The notes under the pieces were generated by a model. That model was not told the origin of the DNA and ran no database searches. It saw nothing but the letters and a program-made list of their open reading frames with translations. This document shows positions 1 to 13,385 of a stretch of DNA of 64,000 nucleotides, piece by piece. The first letter of the stretch is position 1. Each line of letters starts with the position of its first letter. Both the position numbers and the translations under genes were made by a program. Source of the stretch: Eledone cirrhosa (taxonomy: Eukaryota); the NCBI GenBank assembly GCA_964016885.1, contig OZ024740.1, positions 297,352,001 to 297,416,000 on the forward strand, written 5' to 3'.

Positions 1-830
1 CTCACACGCACTCATACAAAAATAAACCTATACATAGAACATTCACATTTAAACCTATACTTACAAGAACATACACACATGCACATACACACACATATAC
101 ATACAAAAACATTAAAACGCACACAGACACCTATACACAAATACACATATACATACAAGAAAATTCACACACACATTCTCACACACACACACACATATCC
201 ACAAACATGCATTTACACAAACACACATATATACAAGCAAGCCCATGACACAGACTCACACATGCACATTCACACACGCACACTCACACACACACAGAAA
301 CACAGACACACACCAATACACACACATATACATACAAGAATATTCACACACGCACACTAACACACACACACACATATATATATATACATACAAGAACATT
401 CACACACGCACACTCTCACACACACACACACACATATATATACATACAAGAACATTCACACACGCACACTCACACACACACACACACACACACATACATA
501 CAAGAACATACTCACACACATACCTATAACACACACACAGACACACATACACACATACACCTATACACACACACATATACATACAAGAACATACACACTC
601 ACACACATACCTATAACACACACACATTCACATACACTATCACCGACACAGTCAAACAGACACACATACACATTCACACAGTCACACAGACACACATACA
701 CACATACACACACATGCACACACACCTAAATACCTATAACACACACACACACATTCACACACACACCTATACAGACACACACACACACACGCACACGCAC
801 ACGCACACACTCACCTACATGAATATACAA
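1..830. repeat. (CA)n-derived degenerate minisatellite (recurring ATACAAGAACATTCACACACGCACACTC unit)
   Basis: Seen directly. The His/Thr-rich ORFs here are artefacts. Confidence 0.9.
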
Positions 831-1145
831 GCAAACTTTATCTCTCAGTGTATTTCCTTCACATTGTTGATATTCTCTCACTGGACCTCTCTCTTAACGA
901 GCACCTCTAACCACTACTCACTCGCTATTCATCAAACCACTACTTCATTCTCTTTCCTCTCACCATTGCCAATTTACCAATTTCTACGCACTCTACAACA
1001 CACATACGCACACACACACATACACAGATACACATTCACACATCTTTCACATAGCCCTCAATTACCATATATATATATATATATATTTATATTTATACAC
1101 ACACACACATATATACATATATATGTTTGTATGTATGTATATAAG

Positions 1146-1177
<32 letters not shown>

Positions 1178-1357
1178 TCCAATGTACATATATATTAGAA
1201 GGCAAACAGTGACAAGAAGTAGTCAAGTTTGTTTCACTCGTGTTGAGGATCCAGAGAAATGACAACGTTTAATAGGTGAGACATTCTCTATCACCCTCCC
1301 TCTCTCTCTCTCTTTTATCTCTCTCTCTTACTCTCCACCTCTCTCTCTTTCTCTCTT

Positions 1358-1389
<32 letters not shown>

Positions 1390-1585
1390 TACCAAATGGA
1401 AACTATATTTATAAAACAATATTTATTTCATTATACATATTTCAAGGACACCAAGCAAATTATTTGCTTATTTATATATAATTATATATATATATATATA
1501 TATTTATACATATTTATATATATGTATATCAGCTAGTAGACTCCCTGGTAACCATGTGCAGTTGCAGCAGAAGATACATCTGCAG

Positions 1586-2242
<657 letters not shown>

Positions 2243-2348
2243 TTGAGTTGTAAAGTTTGAAATGTGTAGAAATTTTTTCTATGAATTTCTACAAATTTCA
2301 TACTTGACAAGCCAATATATATATACACACACGCACATACATACACAG

Positions 2349-2394
<46 letters not shown>

Positions 2395-2397
2395 TGT

Positions 2398-2670
2398 GGA
2401 GGCGCGTGGCCTAGTGGTAAGGGTGTTGGACTTACGATCATAATGTCGTGGGTTCGATTCCTGGGTTGCGTGTTGTGTTCTCGAGCAAAACACTTAATTT
2501 CACGTTGTTCCGGTATACTCGCTGAAAATTAATACCACCAATATCTGGGTGTTTAGCCTTGCGATGGTCTGGTCACTGTCTAGAGTGGAGCCTTGTATTT
2601 TCAGTCACTTCATGCCATGAAACCGGGATAAGTACCGGCCAAATGAGGCTTCTGGCTTAAGACAGAATTT
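2398..2670 (+). mobile_element. tRNA-derived SINE (second family)
   Basis: GGAGGCGCGTGGCCTAGTGG A box and GGTTCGATTCC B box, then a GTGTTCTCGAGCAAAACACTT body motif shared with the copies at 14525, 22920 and 12030-12345. Confidence 0.75.
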
Positions 2671-2686
2671 TGATATATATTTATAT

Positions 2687-2727
<41 letters not shown>

Positions 2728-2802
2728 ATATTCATGAGAGTAAAGAATAGTTTTTACTAGGTGTATTTTAGCTCAATGTTATGAGAGGATCAAATATATA
2801 AT

Positions 2803-2985
2803 TATAATTGTTTCTACTTTTGGCACAAGGCCATCAATTACAATGCATTACTGGTACTTTATTTTATCGACCCGGTAAGGATGAAAGGCAAAGTTAACCT
2901 CGGCGGGATTTGAACTCAGATCATACAGGGAGGTAACTATATGCTTCGAAGTATGGCGTCCGACCCTCTACCGATACTGCCAATC
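2803..2985 (-). mobile_element. tRNA-derived SINE, family S1 (Meta-domain-like body)
   Basis: Reverse complement of TGGCAGTATCGG (A box)...GAGTTCAAATCC (B box)...GCCTTTCATCCTTACGGGGTCGATAAAATAAAGTACCAG...CTTGTGCCAAAAGTAGAAACAATT. More than 20 copies in the window. Confidence 0.85.
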
Positions 2986-3083
2986 AAATATATATAATTA
3001 TTATGTAGTTACATTCCCAAATTATTTAAATGACTTAAACTTTTAATTTTGGTTTGTAACTACATTTTAATTACAGTGGTGTA

Positions 3084-3266
3084 TTAGCAGTATCGGTAGA
3101 GTTTCGGACGCTATGCTTTGCAGCACAGAGTTACGGCCCTTTATGGTCTGAGTTCAAATCCCGCCGAGGTTAACTTTGCTTTTCATCCTTACGGGGTCGA
3201 TAAAATAAAGCACCAGTAATACACTAGGATAATTGCTGGCCTTGTGCCTAAAGTAGAAACAATTAT
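3084..3266 (+). mobile_element. SINE family S1
   Basis: Same sequence as above, in the opposite orientation. Confidence 0.85.
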
Positions 3267-3297
3267 AATTACATATATAAATATATATAATGTATGT

Positions 3298-3344
<47 letters not shown>

Positions 3345-3445
3345 CATACACACATATATATATATGTATGTATATATATATATCTATATATATATATATG
3401 TATATATATACGTATATATGTGTGTGTGTATATATGAATATACAT

Positions 3446-3478
<33 letters not shown>

Positions 3479-3923
3479 CTACATATATATATATTTATTT
3501 ATATGAATATATATTTATATAAATATATTTATTTACATATTTATATTTATATAGTTTTACATATCTATTTATTTACATGTATATATATTTATATAAATAT
3601 ATTGTTTTATTTATATATGTATATATACATGGATGAATCCATACATCCTGGAGGAGTCGTGAAAGAGCCGTCGTGGCATACAGGTTCATTTAAAAGCAAG
3701 CGGAGACCATCTCTCTTCTGGTCTATACAAAGCCTATTTTTTCCGGATAAATAGATGGGAGAACAATGAATCGGAAATTTGAAAGGGATATAGAAGGTGA
3801 AACGACCCCAATACTGAACTGATGTTTTAGTTATTGATCTCAAAGGGTTGAAAGGCAAAACTGACCAGGGCAGTAGTTGCAATTCAAATCGCAAAAAGCA
3901 ATTGACGCAAAGTACCAAATCGC

Positions 3924-4041
<118 letters not shown>

Positions 4042-4093
4042 GGTAAACAGAAATAACAACACAATCGGTACAGTATATATATATACATATGTA

Positions 4094-4159
<66 letters not shown>

Positions 4160-4227
4160 TATATATATATACATATATATATTATATATATACATATATA
4201 TATATATTATATATATACATATATATA

Positions 4228-4875
4228 TTAGAAAGTGAGGTTTTTTTTACAAAATGAAAAATAACCGAGGTGACCTACACGAGTGAAAGTATAAAGAAAA
4301 AAAGATAAAATGAAAATGCAACTGGAGTCTTATTTAAAAAAATAGATATATCTATTTGGTTCCTTTACCGGTTTCGCAGTTCTTCTGCTTTTCAAAAGTA
4401 GAGTTAAGATGGAGGGTCTGTGATATATATATTATATATATACATATATATATTATATATATATATCATGAGTAAACCAGTTTTCAACTAGTTTGACCAT
4501 TATCCAACAGAGTATTCGATACTTGGCATAGTAGAGTGTGACTATATTAGCAAAGCCAGGGCCCAACTGCTGCGTTCTTGCCGTTTCAACAGCGAGTTCC
4601 TGTCTGGAACTCACTGTTGAAACGGCAAGAGCTCAACTGTCGGTCTCCTACGCTTTCTAGTGAGAAAAACCACAAACCCTCCATCTCAATTCTACTTTTG
4701 AAAAGCACAAGAACTGCGAAACCGGTAAAGGAACCAAATAAATATATATAAAAAAAGAAAAAAAAAAAGACTTCAGTTGCATTTTCGATTTCATCTTTTT
4801 TCCTTATACTTTCAGTCGTGTAGTACATCTCGTTTTTTTTTCACTTTGTAAAAAAAAAAATCACTTTCCAATATA
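4228..4875. mobile_element. Penelope-like inverted repeat (arms about 4228-4422 and 4670-4875) with a hammerhead in each arm and a nested second fold-back
   Basis: The arms are reverse complements and are flanked by (TA)n. Confidence 0.7.
4695..4730 (+). ncRNA. Minimal type I hammerhead ribozyme motif (U3-A8 variant)
   Basis: ctt TTGAAAA gca-caagaac-tgc GAAA ccgg TA aag. A mirror copy lies on the minus strand at about 4362-4398. Confidence 0.6.
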
Positions 4876-4880
4876 TATAT

Positions 4881-5130
4881 ATAAATGTAATCTGAGTTTT
4901 TCGAATATTAATAATAACATTCGATTCGTTTGCAATTATGCAAACAAGCCTCAATTTTATAGCCATTTCAATTTTATAACCATGTCATTCTTGCTCGTTC
5001 GCATGCCAACTCAAGAGCAAGAATGAAGAGTTCATTCTACTGACATGGCTATAAAATTGAGGCTTGTTTGCATAATTGCAAACGAATCGAATGTTATTAT
5101 TAATATTCGAAAAACTCAGATTTCATTTAT
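4881..5130. repeat. Inverted repeat, 86-bp arms (4881-4966 and 5045-5130), in (TA)n
   Basis: Arms are near-perfect reverse complements. The spacer contains a further short hairpin. Confidence 0.85.
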
Positions 5131-5198
5131 TATATATATATATATACACACATGTATGTGTATATATACATGTATGTGTGTATATATATATACATGTA

Positions 5199-5242
<44 letters not shown>

Positions 5243-5245
<3 letters not shown>

Positions 5246-5460
5246 CGAAGGAGGTGTGGTAAGGAACCAGGTGGATCATAACGCACCAGAGTACTCAATA
5301 CTTAGGGTAGTAGAGTGGGAAATAGGAAAAAGTATGACCCCGACCGCAGAGTTCAAGCCGTTTCGACAGCTATTTCTGGACTCAAAGTCTGGACTCAGAG
5401 TCCAGAAATAACCGTCGAAACGGCTTGAGCTCTGCCGTCGGGGTCATACTTTTTCCTATC
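5243..5460 (-). mobile_element. Fold-back element, family X (Penelope-like 3' end with hammerhead 3' half)
   Basis: Long arm on minus, short inverted arm on plus. GAAACGGC-loop-GCCGTC-GGGGT stem III and cleavage motif. (TA)n flanks. Confidence 0.7.
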
Positions 5461-5624
5461 TATATATATATTAGGAAATACGATGATGTATATATGTTTC
5501 TGTTGTGCATCAACGATACATAATAAAAACCTCATCACATGTAAACGAAACTACATCGTTTTTATATACTCTACCTCTGCATTAAGTGAATACCACCCTG
5601 AATCATATACACTATATATATATG

Positions 5625-5660
<36 letters not shown>

Positions 5661-5686
5661 TACATATATATATACATATACATATA

Positions 5687-5754
<68 letters not shown>

Positions 5755-5774
5755 ATAATAATAATAATAATAAT

Positions 5775-5827
5775 GAGTTTCAGAAGATCCCGTTAAGGAT
5801 GAAAGCAGCGATTCTTTGCTTAAACTT
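5775..5827 (+). ncRNA. Degenerate type I hammerhead motif
   Basis: gagttt CAGAAGA tcc-cgttaa-gga-t GAAA gca...tgc TT aaactt. U4 is changed to A. Confidence 0.5.
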
Positions 5828-5846
5828 TAATCTGTTATTTTAATAA

Positions 5847-5916
<70 letters not shown>

Positions 5917-6048
5917 AATCTGAAAACGCAGAAGTGAATATTTCATAAAACGTTGCAACCGGAGGAAGACAGGAAGACGATACTTTGGTTCGTGGAAAAC
6001 GTTCCCTGGCAAAGAACGGGAAAAAACGAATATAATACGTCATTATTT

Positions 6049-6230
6049 GTTGGCAGTATCGGTAGAGGGTCGGACGCCATGCTTTCAAGCATAGTTACGT
6101 CCCTTTATGATCTGAGTTCAAATCCCGCCGAGGTTGACTTTGCCTTTCATCCTTACGGGGTCGATAAAATAAAGTACCAGTAATGCGCTGGATAATTGCT
6201 GGCCTTGTGCCTAAAGTAGAAACAATTATT
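6049..6230 (+). mobile_element. SINE family S1
   Basis: Full match to the S1 pattern. A partial copy lies at about 6450-6550. Confidence 0.85.
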
Positions 6231-6390
6231 TGGGGCGGTGAAAAACAATTACACGCAAAGACAGAACCACGTTTATGGTATAAAAGAAGTCGTAGACTAA
6301 TATTCTATTAGGTGGTTCACAGAGACGTTCTCTGGCAATGAACGGAAAAAACGAAGATAATACGTCATATGTCTTCAAATTTATTATTAT

Positions 6391-6432
<42 letters not shown>

Positions 6433-6742
6433 CTATATATATATTAACGAGATTAACTTTGCCTTTCATCCCTTACGGGGTGGATAAAATAAAGTACCAG
6501 TAATGTACTGGGTAATTGCTGGGCTTGTGCCAAAAAGTAGAAACAATTACTATATATATATTATTATTACTATATATATATATATATAAAAAAAAAAATA
6601 TATATATATATTAAAATATAAGTATTAATAAAAGAGATGTTGTTTTGATCAATTACATTTTATTATACATATTTCGGATGTACAACAGTACGTCCTCATC
6701 GACAAAATATAATGATACATGACATACCCTGAGATGTTAAAT

Positions 6743-6990
6743 GGTTAAGATTTAATCAAGGTAGTGATTAAATCTTAACCATAGAGTGTGACTATATTAG
6801 CAAAGCCAGGGCCCAACTGCTGCGTTCTTGCCGTTTCAACAGCGAGTTCCTGTCTGGAACTCACTGTTGAAACGGCAAGAGCTCAACTGTCTGTCGGAAA
6901 GTTGCGAAACGCGTCCTCCGCTGTTTGTTACCTCAGATATTCAAAACAACAAACAGCGCAGGACGCGTTTCGCACCTTTCTGACAGACAA
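6743..6990. repeat. Three consecutive hairpins of Penelope-like origin
   Basis: Hairpins at 6743-6780, about 6825-6880 and about 6889-6988. The last has GAAACGCGTC on both strands. Confidence 0.7.
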
Positions 6991-7708
6991 CCTTTCCCCC
7001 ACCCCGAAAAAAAAACCCAGTTGATGGATGTGAATCCGATATATATAGGGACAATTAAATCTCTCCCAAGGTAACTCTCTCTCGTGTTGTTATTTTTATT
7101 TTATCCTTTATACTCTTTCCTTCATTCCTCTACACGTCTTATACACGTCACGCATCTCAACGTACACCCACTTACATCCCTCTCTCTACCACCGGATCTT
7201 GTTACCCGGAGATTTACCCATTTGCATTGTCGAGGCTTCCAAACAACTTAAAGATATTTACCTATTATTCCACAATGCTTCAAGCAAACTTCAATACTCT
7301 CGTATATATATATATATATATATATATTACAGCTACATATATGTATTCTATGTCTCTTATGTAAATATGTAACTGTATCGCTATTGAAATCGAAATTCTG
7401 AAAAAGTGCAAAGGTCATATCCACTCCTTTACATGGCCTCACGTCCTGTTTAAGTTTCAAAAAGTATGTCAGAAGTAAAATTGCCCAATAGGGTATTAAA
7501 CTTCTGTCCCTTCCTATTTATTTAAACAAGGGAAACAAAAGGCGCTCCCAATCCCACATCTAATAAGGTTAATACAAAGAGTTTTACTCCCCTAATCGTA
7601 CTTTATCAAAGAATAACTGTCATTTTTCAATGACAACACTGTGACTATTGTAATGTGTAGTTGAACCCTGGTTGTGTAGTTCTAAATCTAATTTTGAGTG
7701 GTCCTAAA

Positions 7709-8065
7709 TATAATTGTTTCTACTTTTGGCACAAGGCCAGCAATTATCTCAGTGCATTAATGGTACTTTATTTTATCGACCCCGTAAGGATGAAAGACAA
7801 AGTTAACCTCGGCAGGATTTGAACTCAGGTCCTAAATATAATGTTTTCTGATCCAAGCACAAGGCCAGCAATTTTTGGGGTGATGAGGGGGGAAAGTCGA
7901 TTAAATCGATTTCAGTGCATGACTGGTACTTTATTTTATCCAGCCCATAAGGATGAAAGGCAAAGCTAACCTCAGCGGGATTTGAACTCAGAACCTAAAG
8001 AGCCCCACCTCTATGCTACTAAGCATGTTGTCCAACGCTCTACCGATTCAACCAATCCACCGTCA
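7709..8065 (-). mobile_element. Two SINE S1 copies; the first is 5'-truncated with a TSD
   Basis: GGTCCTAAATATAAT is duplicated at about 7700 and 7828. Confidence 0.8.
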
Positions 8066-8447
8066 TAAATTTAATTGTGTGCAGTAAGGTTACAGTTTGC
8101 GTCAAATACAAGCGCTAGATGTTAAATGATGGTTAAAAGACTTAAACACTCATAAATGTTAAAAATAGCCATTCTAAATGCTTTTCCACTTCAGAGAATA
8201 TTAACCACTCTGTCATGTCACATACCTCAAAGATTTGTGCAGTTCTAAAATCTCCTTAAAATAAACTCTATGTTAACAACACTTATAAGCAAATAATTTG
8301 CTTTATTATACATTTTCGAATTTTCTCTCATCTGAAATTACAGCAAACGGCAAATAGACCATGTAAGTATCTATGGGATCACTCGACCTAGTAGAAATAA
8401 CAACCCTCACGTTATTGTCTTAAACAGTGAATAGCACAGCAAATAAT

Positions 8448-8672
8448 AGTTTCTTATATAGGCACAAGACCAGCAATTTTCTTGGGTGGGGGGGGGGGAG
8501 TCGATTAAATCGACCCAGTGCGTGACTGATACATTATTTTATCGACCCCGTAAGGATGAAAGGTAAAGTTAACCTCGGCGGGATTTGAATTCAGATCATA
8601 AAGGGCCGTAACTCTATGCTGCAAAGCATGGCGTCCAACCCTCTACCGATACTGTCAATTCATCGTCCTTGG
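8448..8672 (-). mobile_element. SINE S1, long form, with TSD
   Basis: GCACAGCAAATAATAGTT is duplicated at about 8433 and 8672. Confidence 0.85.
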
Positions 8673-9879
8673 CACAGCAAATAATAGTTACAGATTGGAT
8701 ACACTATGTCCGAAAGTAAAGTCAAGATAGCCTCGTCTGGAACGACCTTATTCATAGCTCTGATGGATCAGACATATACATTATTATTCCCATACATATA
8801 TGTCGCAAATATCTTATACAGGCATATTCCTTATCCACATATATTCATTTTTTTAAAAAACATATACCCATGTTACTCATATCTCTTGAACTGCTAGACA
8901 TAGCTGCCAAATCTTCCCTAATCCACAGACAACAGTATAAAAAATAAATGTTGCGTTGGCTAATATAATCTTAGAGAATAAGTCTTGCCCATCACGATTC
9001 AACCACCTATAATTAAATGTCTGCGTAATCAGGTCTAACTCCACTTAAGCCACAAAAACAATAGCATGAACAAGACCAGCACTAACTAAGGTCGGTATAA
9101 ATTCTACTACTAGTGTACTCTTCGATTCTAAATAATAGGGTGGGGGAATAAGAGGAGTAGTTGGATTGATAAGTTTTCTAGCTTGGCTCCCTTGATTTGT
9201 TTAAAAAACCAGAATTAGTCGTTTAGTTTACATATTGAGACCCCAACCCATCCTATTTATTTTATAACGTTTGGGATTTCTTGTAATGTACATTTTTTGT
9301 CATGTATAATATTTTTTAAAGTCTAAAGAAAATTAATTGTCGCAGGAAGGCAACTGCTTAAACTAAAATTTCGTTGGAGATAGATTAGCAAAATTTAATG
9401 ATGGGGTTGGGTAGAAGGTGGGGGTCTGAAAATGAATAAATAGTAGTGGTGGTGTGGCGGGGGGGGGGGGGGGTTATTATTCGAGACTCGAGAGTAGATG
9501 GGACGAAAAAGATTGGAACCCTCTTCCTGAAATCATTCGGTTTCATAGCTAAAATTAAGTATCAAACGATAGACCTCCATTAGCTTTGACGAATAGTGTC
9601 CCTGTTGTTGACGATCAACAGAGCAGTCTACACATGAAATTAGCGTGAATGTGGCTGAGCGTTCCACAGACACGTGTACTCCTTAACGTAATTCTCGGAG
9701 GTTCAGTGTGGGAGGTGGCTGGCCGTTTGAATTACAGGTACAGTCCATCCAAATGATTTCACTCACAATCCAATTTCACTCACAAGGCATGGGTCGTAAC
9801 TCGATGGTTGTAAAGCGAACGTCTTAAATATTTGTAAATGTTGCGTTCACATTTTCCCCATTATATTTACATACAGTGG

Positions 9880-10063
9880 ATTGGCAGTATCAGTAGAGGT
9901 TCGGACGCCATGCTTTGCAACATAGAGTTACGGCCCTTTACAGTCCGAGTTCAAATATCGCCGAGGTTCACTTTGCCTTTCATCCTTACGGGGTCGATAA
10001 AATAAAGCACCAGTAATGTACTGGAATAATTACTAGCCTTGTGCCAAAAGTAGAAACAATTAT
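9880..10063 (+). mobile_element. SINE family S1
   Basis: Full match to the S1 pattern. Confidence 0.85.
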
Positions 10064-10404
10064 ATTTACAAAACAGATAAACACATTCACTCTCACAAAC
10101 AAGAATGCATGAATATCTATACAGACGATTCCATCGTGTTTATGCTAGACGAAATTAATCAAAGTCTGAGAAATCCAAAGTATCATAAGTACATTCAGGT
10201 CTGCACAACGTCAGCTCACTCTTATTTTTAGACATAAATGGACATGTCAAATAAGAGAATTTATAAAAATGCTACACTTTCATTGTCTTATGAGACATAT
10301 GACGTGAACATTGGTATTTAACTTACATATATATTATTTAATAATCACTCATCATATGCATTTAATTATATTTCTTATAGTGTATGTCTCTCTCTTTGTC
10401 TACC

Positions 10405-10456
<52 letters not shown>

Positions 10457-10576
10457 TGTGTGTGTGTGTGTGTTATAATAGAGATGCATACACACCACAC
10501 CCAACGGGATTCCTCGCAAATGCGTATTTAGTGCGCACTTTTCTTTTACACAATACAGAGTCCACGTGCGTGACAG

Positions 10577-10624
<48 letters not shown>

Positions 10625-10628
10625 GTGA

Positions 10629-10678
<50 letters not shown>

Positions 10679-10759
10679 GAGAGATAAAACGTCAAGGAAA
10701 ACAATGCTCAATCTATTGCAAGAAAGTTTATTTAAGTATAAATAATACGGACATTTGAC

Positions 10760-10821
10760 TGCCCGATGAGAGGCCACTATAAGGTGGTGGCCATAACTGG
10801 ACCCCGAAACCTAAGGTCGCA
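10760..10821 (+). ncRNA. Type I hammerhead motif (U4C)
   Basis: tgc CCGATGA g..ggccactat-aag-gtggtggcc..c GAAA cc-taa-gg TC gca. Confidence 0.5.
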
Positions 10822-10933
10822 CATACATGTTATGTGTATGAAACTATATATATATATATATATCGTATAGTGCGTGCTATAGTTCTGGATCTAAGCATAC
10901 AGAACTTAGGATATGTCTATGCATTATGTACAA

Positions 10934-11113
10934 TTGGCAGTATCGGTAGAGAGTCGGACACCATGCTTTGAAGCATAGAGTTATGTCCCTTGCCATTCTG
11001 AGTTAAAATCCCGCCGAGGTTAACTTTGCCTTTCATCCTTACGGGGTCGATAAAATAAAGTACCAGTAATACACTGGGTAATTGCTGGCCTTGTGCCAAA
11101 AGTAGAAACAGTT
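10934..11113 (+). mobile_element. SINE family S1 with TSD
   Basis: TTATGTACAAT flanks both ends. Confidence 0.85.
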
Positions 11114-11299
11114 ATGTACAATCAATCTTACTTAATCTTTATATTTTGTGTGTATTACCATATTTGGAAAGGGGCGGATTGACAGTTTTTAGTACGTCAA
11201 ACGAAGTACGTTGCAGTACGTCTTTGTTTTTATCCTCCCACTTAAACTCTGAAGATAGTATTAACACCTCTCTCGAAATTTCCAACCCTGTGCCTGGTT

Positions 11300-11433
11300 C
11301 CGTAACTCCTGATGGAGTCATAGGGGCACTGAAGTGACATACGGCGTCTCTTAGGCATTTTGAAGTCTAGCGGAGCCCATCTCCTCTCCAGTAGATTTCT
11401 TCCAGAGAAGGATAGAAAGAGAGAGCGAGTGAG

Positions 11434-11472
<39 letters not shown>

Positions 11473-11602
11473 GTGAGAGAGAAGAAGAATCAGTACCTTT
11501 TTAGCTACCTCAAAATGATAAAAGAAAAAATTTACTTCAGTGGGATTTGAACTAAGAGAGAATTCCATCCAACATTCCAACGACTCTGCTAATTCGCCGC
11601 CT
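11300..11602 (-). mobile_element. SINE variant with a different 3' tail; second copy at about 16575-16905
   Basis: Both copies share TGACATACGGCGT...CTAGCGGAGCCCATCTCCTCTCCAG followed by a reversed S1-like tRNA head. Confidence 0.6.
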
Positions 11603-11797
11603 GCCTATGTCTGTAAGAATTATTAACTTTGAATACAAATAAAGACTAGGTCATAGCTTGTTCCTGCAATAACAGAAATATTTAAACGTTAATTTCATTT
11701 TTGGATTTGAACCGCAGCGTTTATCTAACAAACATAAAACACATGCTGCTGATTAGATAACATGTATTCCAATATTTACTTGTCCGAGGACGCTGTA

Positions 11798-12005
11798 TTG
11801 GCAGTATCGGTAGAGCGTCGGACAACATGCTTTATGACATAGAGCTACCTCCCTTTACGTTCTGAGTTCAAATCCCACCGAGATTAGCTTTGCCTCTCAT
11901 CCTTACGGGGTCGATAAAATAATGTACCAGTAATGCACTGGGCTCGATTTAATTGACTTTCCCACCCCATAAATTGCTGACTCTGTTGCCTAAATCAGAA
12001 ACCAA
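11798..12005 (+). mobile_element. SINE S1, long form
   Basis: A box, B box and central domain present. Confidence 0.8.
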
Positions 12006-12029
12006 TATCCATGTATTCGGGAATTAGCC

Positions 12030-12345
12030 CATTGTTGTAGTTAGACCTCCATCGGTACCGATGATGAGTGGGTCAACGGACCATTTTTCTTGTGAAATTG
12101 ACGTAAAAATGGATGAGCATTACCCAGGCACGTGTAATTTTAACCCAATTATCAGGGAGATTCGACATGACACAAGTCTCCGACAAGGCTGACCCTTTGA
12201 ATTAGAGATACAACTCAATTTTTCCAACTGTGACAACTAGAGCAACATGAAATAAAGTGACTTCCTCAAAGACAAAAACGCCGTCGGGAATCGAACGCAC
12301 GACCGTAAGCCAAACATCCGATCCACTAAGTCAAGCGCCTTCACA
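12030..12345 (-). mobile_element. tRNA-derived SINE (second family), diverged
   Basis: Reverse of the head and body seen at 2398 and 22920. Similar copies at about 9590-9750, 12640-12820, 15975-16290, 23940-24225, 31020-31330, 51640-51790, 55980-56135 and 60350-60510. Confidence 0.65.
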
Positions 12346-12839
12346 GTATTAGTCCATATTTATGTATGCGTTCAGCATCTAGTGATACTAAGGACAACAC
12401 AATCTTCAGCGTTTCAAATGTTGCGAAGTTTCCAGAATAAGATAGTAATATATCTTCTGGTTATAGACTAGGCACATGTTCTAAACTATTCCAAGTACTT
12501 ACGATGTTGTCTTCTATTTTTAGGCGTAGTGTATCTAGGACTACATTATGCAATATGTCCTTACTCTTTCTTGAGACGGTATGGTGTGGTTTGAGGGAGA
12601 TTTGGTTGCTATTTTTAACATATCCAGATGTTAAATAAATACTTCTCAGAGAGATTCAAAGTGGTACAGTCTGTGACAAGGCTGACCCTTTGAATCATAG
12701 GTACATCTCATTTTCCAGCTCAGTGAGCTGGATCAACATCAAATAAAGTATCTTGCCCAAGGACACAACGCACCGCCGAGAATCGAACGCACTACATACG
12801 ACCGTGAGATGAACTACTAAGCTTTTCATACGAGATATA

Positions 12840-13050
12840 ATGGTTTCTGATTTAGGTACAAAGCTAGCAATTTTGGAGCAGGGAAAAGTCGATTAAATTG
12901 ACCCCAGTGCATTACTGGTGCTTTATTTTATCGACCCCGAAAGGATGAAAGGCAAAGCTAAACTCGGCGGGATTTGAACCCAGAACGTAAAGGGCTGTAA
13001 TTCTATGCCACGACGCATGTTGTCCGACGTTCTACCAATACTGCCAAGCC
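12840..13050 (-). mobile_element. SINE S1, long form
   Basis: A box, B box and central domain present. Confidence 0.8.
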
Positions 13051-13385
13051 ACCTCTCTGCCATTTTAAAACACATACCGTTATATTCATTCACCCTTGTT
13101 TTGTTTTATGATAGTATTGTGCACTATAAAGTTTCAAAATATTTCCTCGTCCGTTTACAATCTGATCACAGACGCTATTCCACTGCCAGTAATATCATCC
13201 TCCACATTCTTCAAATAAAAAAAGAACAATGGAATGAAAAGAAAACTAGCACTTTATGAAACTTAAAGTATAAGCAAGCGTGAAAAAGTCACTGGAAATA
13301 TTTACACTCTTCATACATACATACATACATACATATATCCTTGGTCACTGGAAAAATTTACACTGTTCATACATGCATACGTACA

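Noticed and set aside
2398-2465. Possible tRNA gene (also the S1 heads)
   Set aside because: A and B boxes are present, but there is no intact cloverleaf and the sequence continues into a SINE body.
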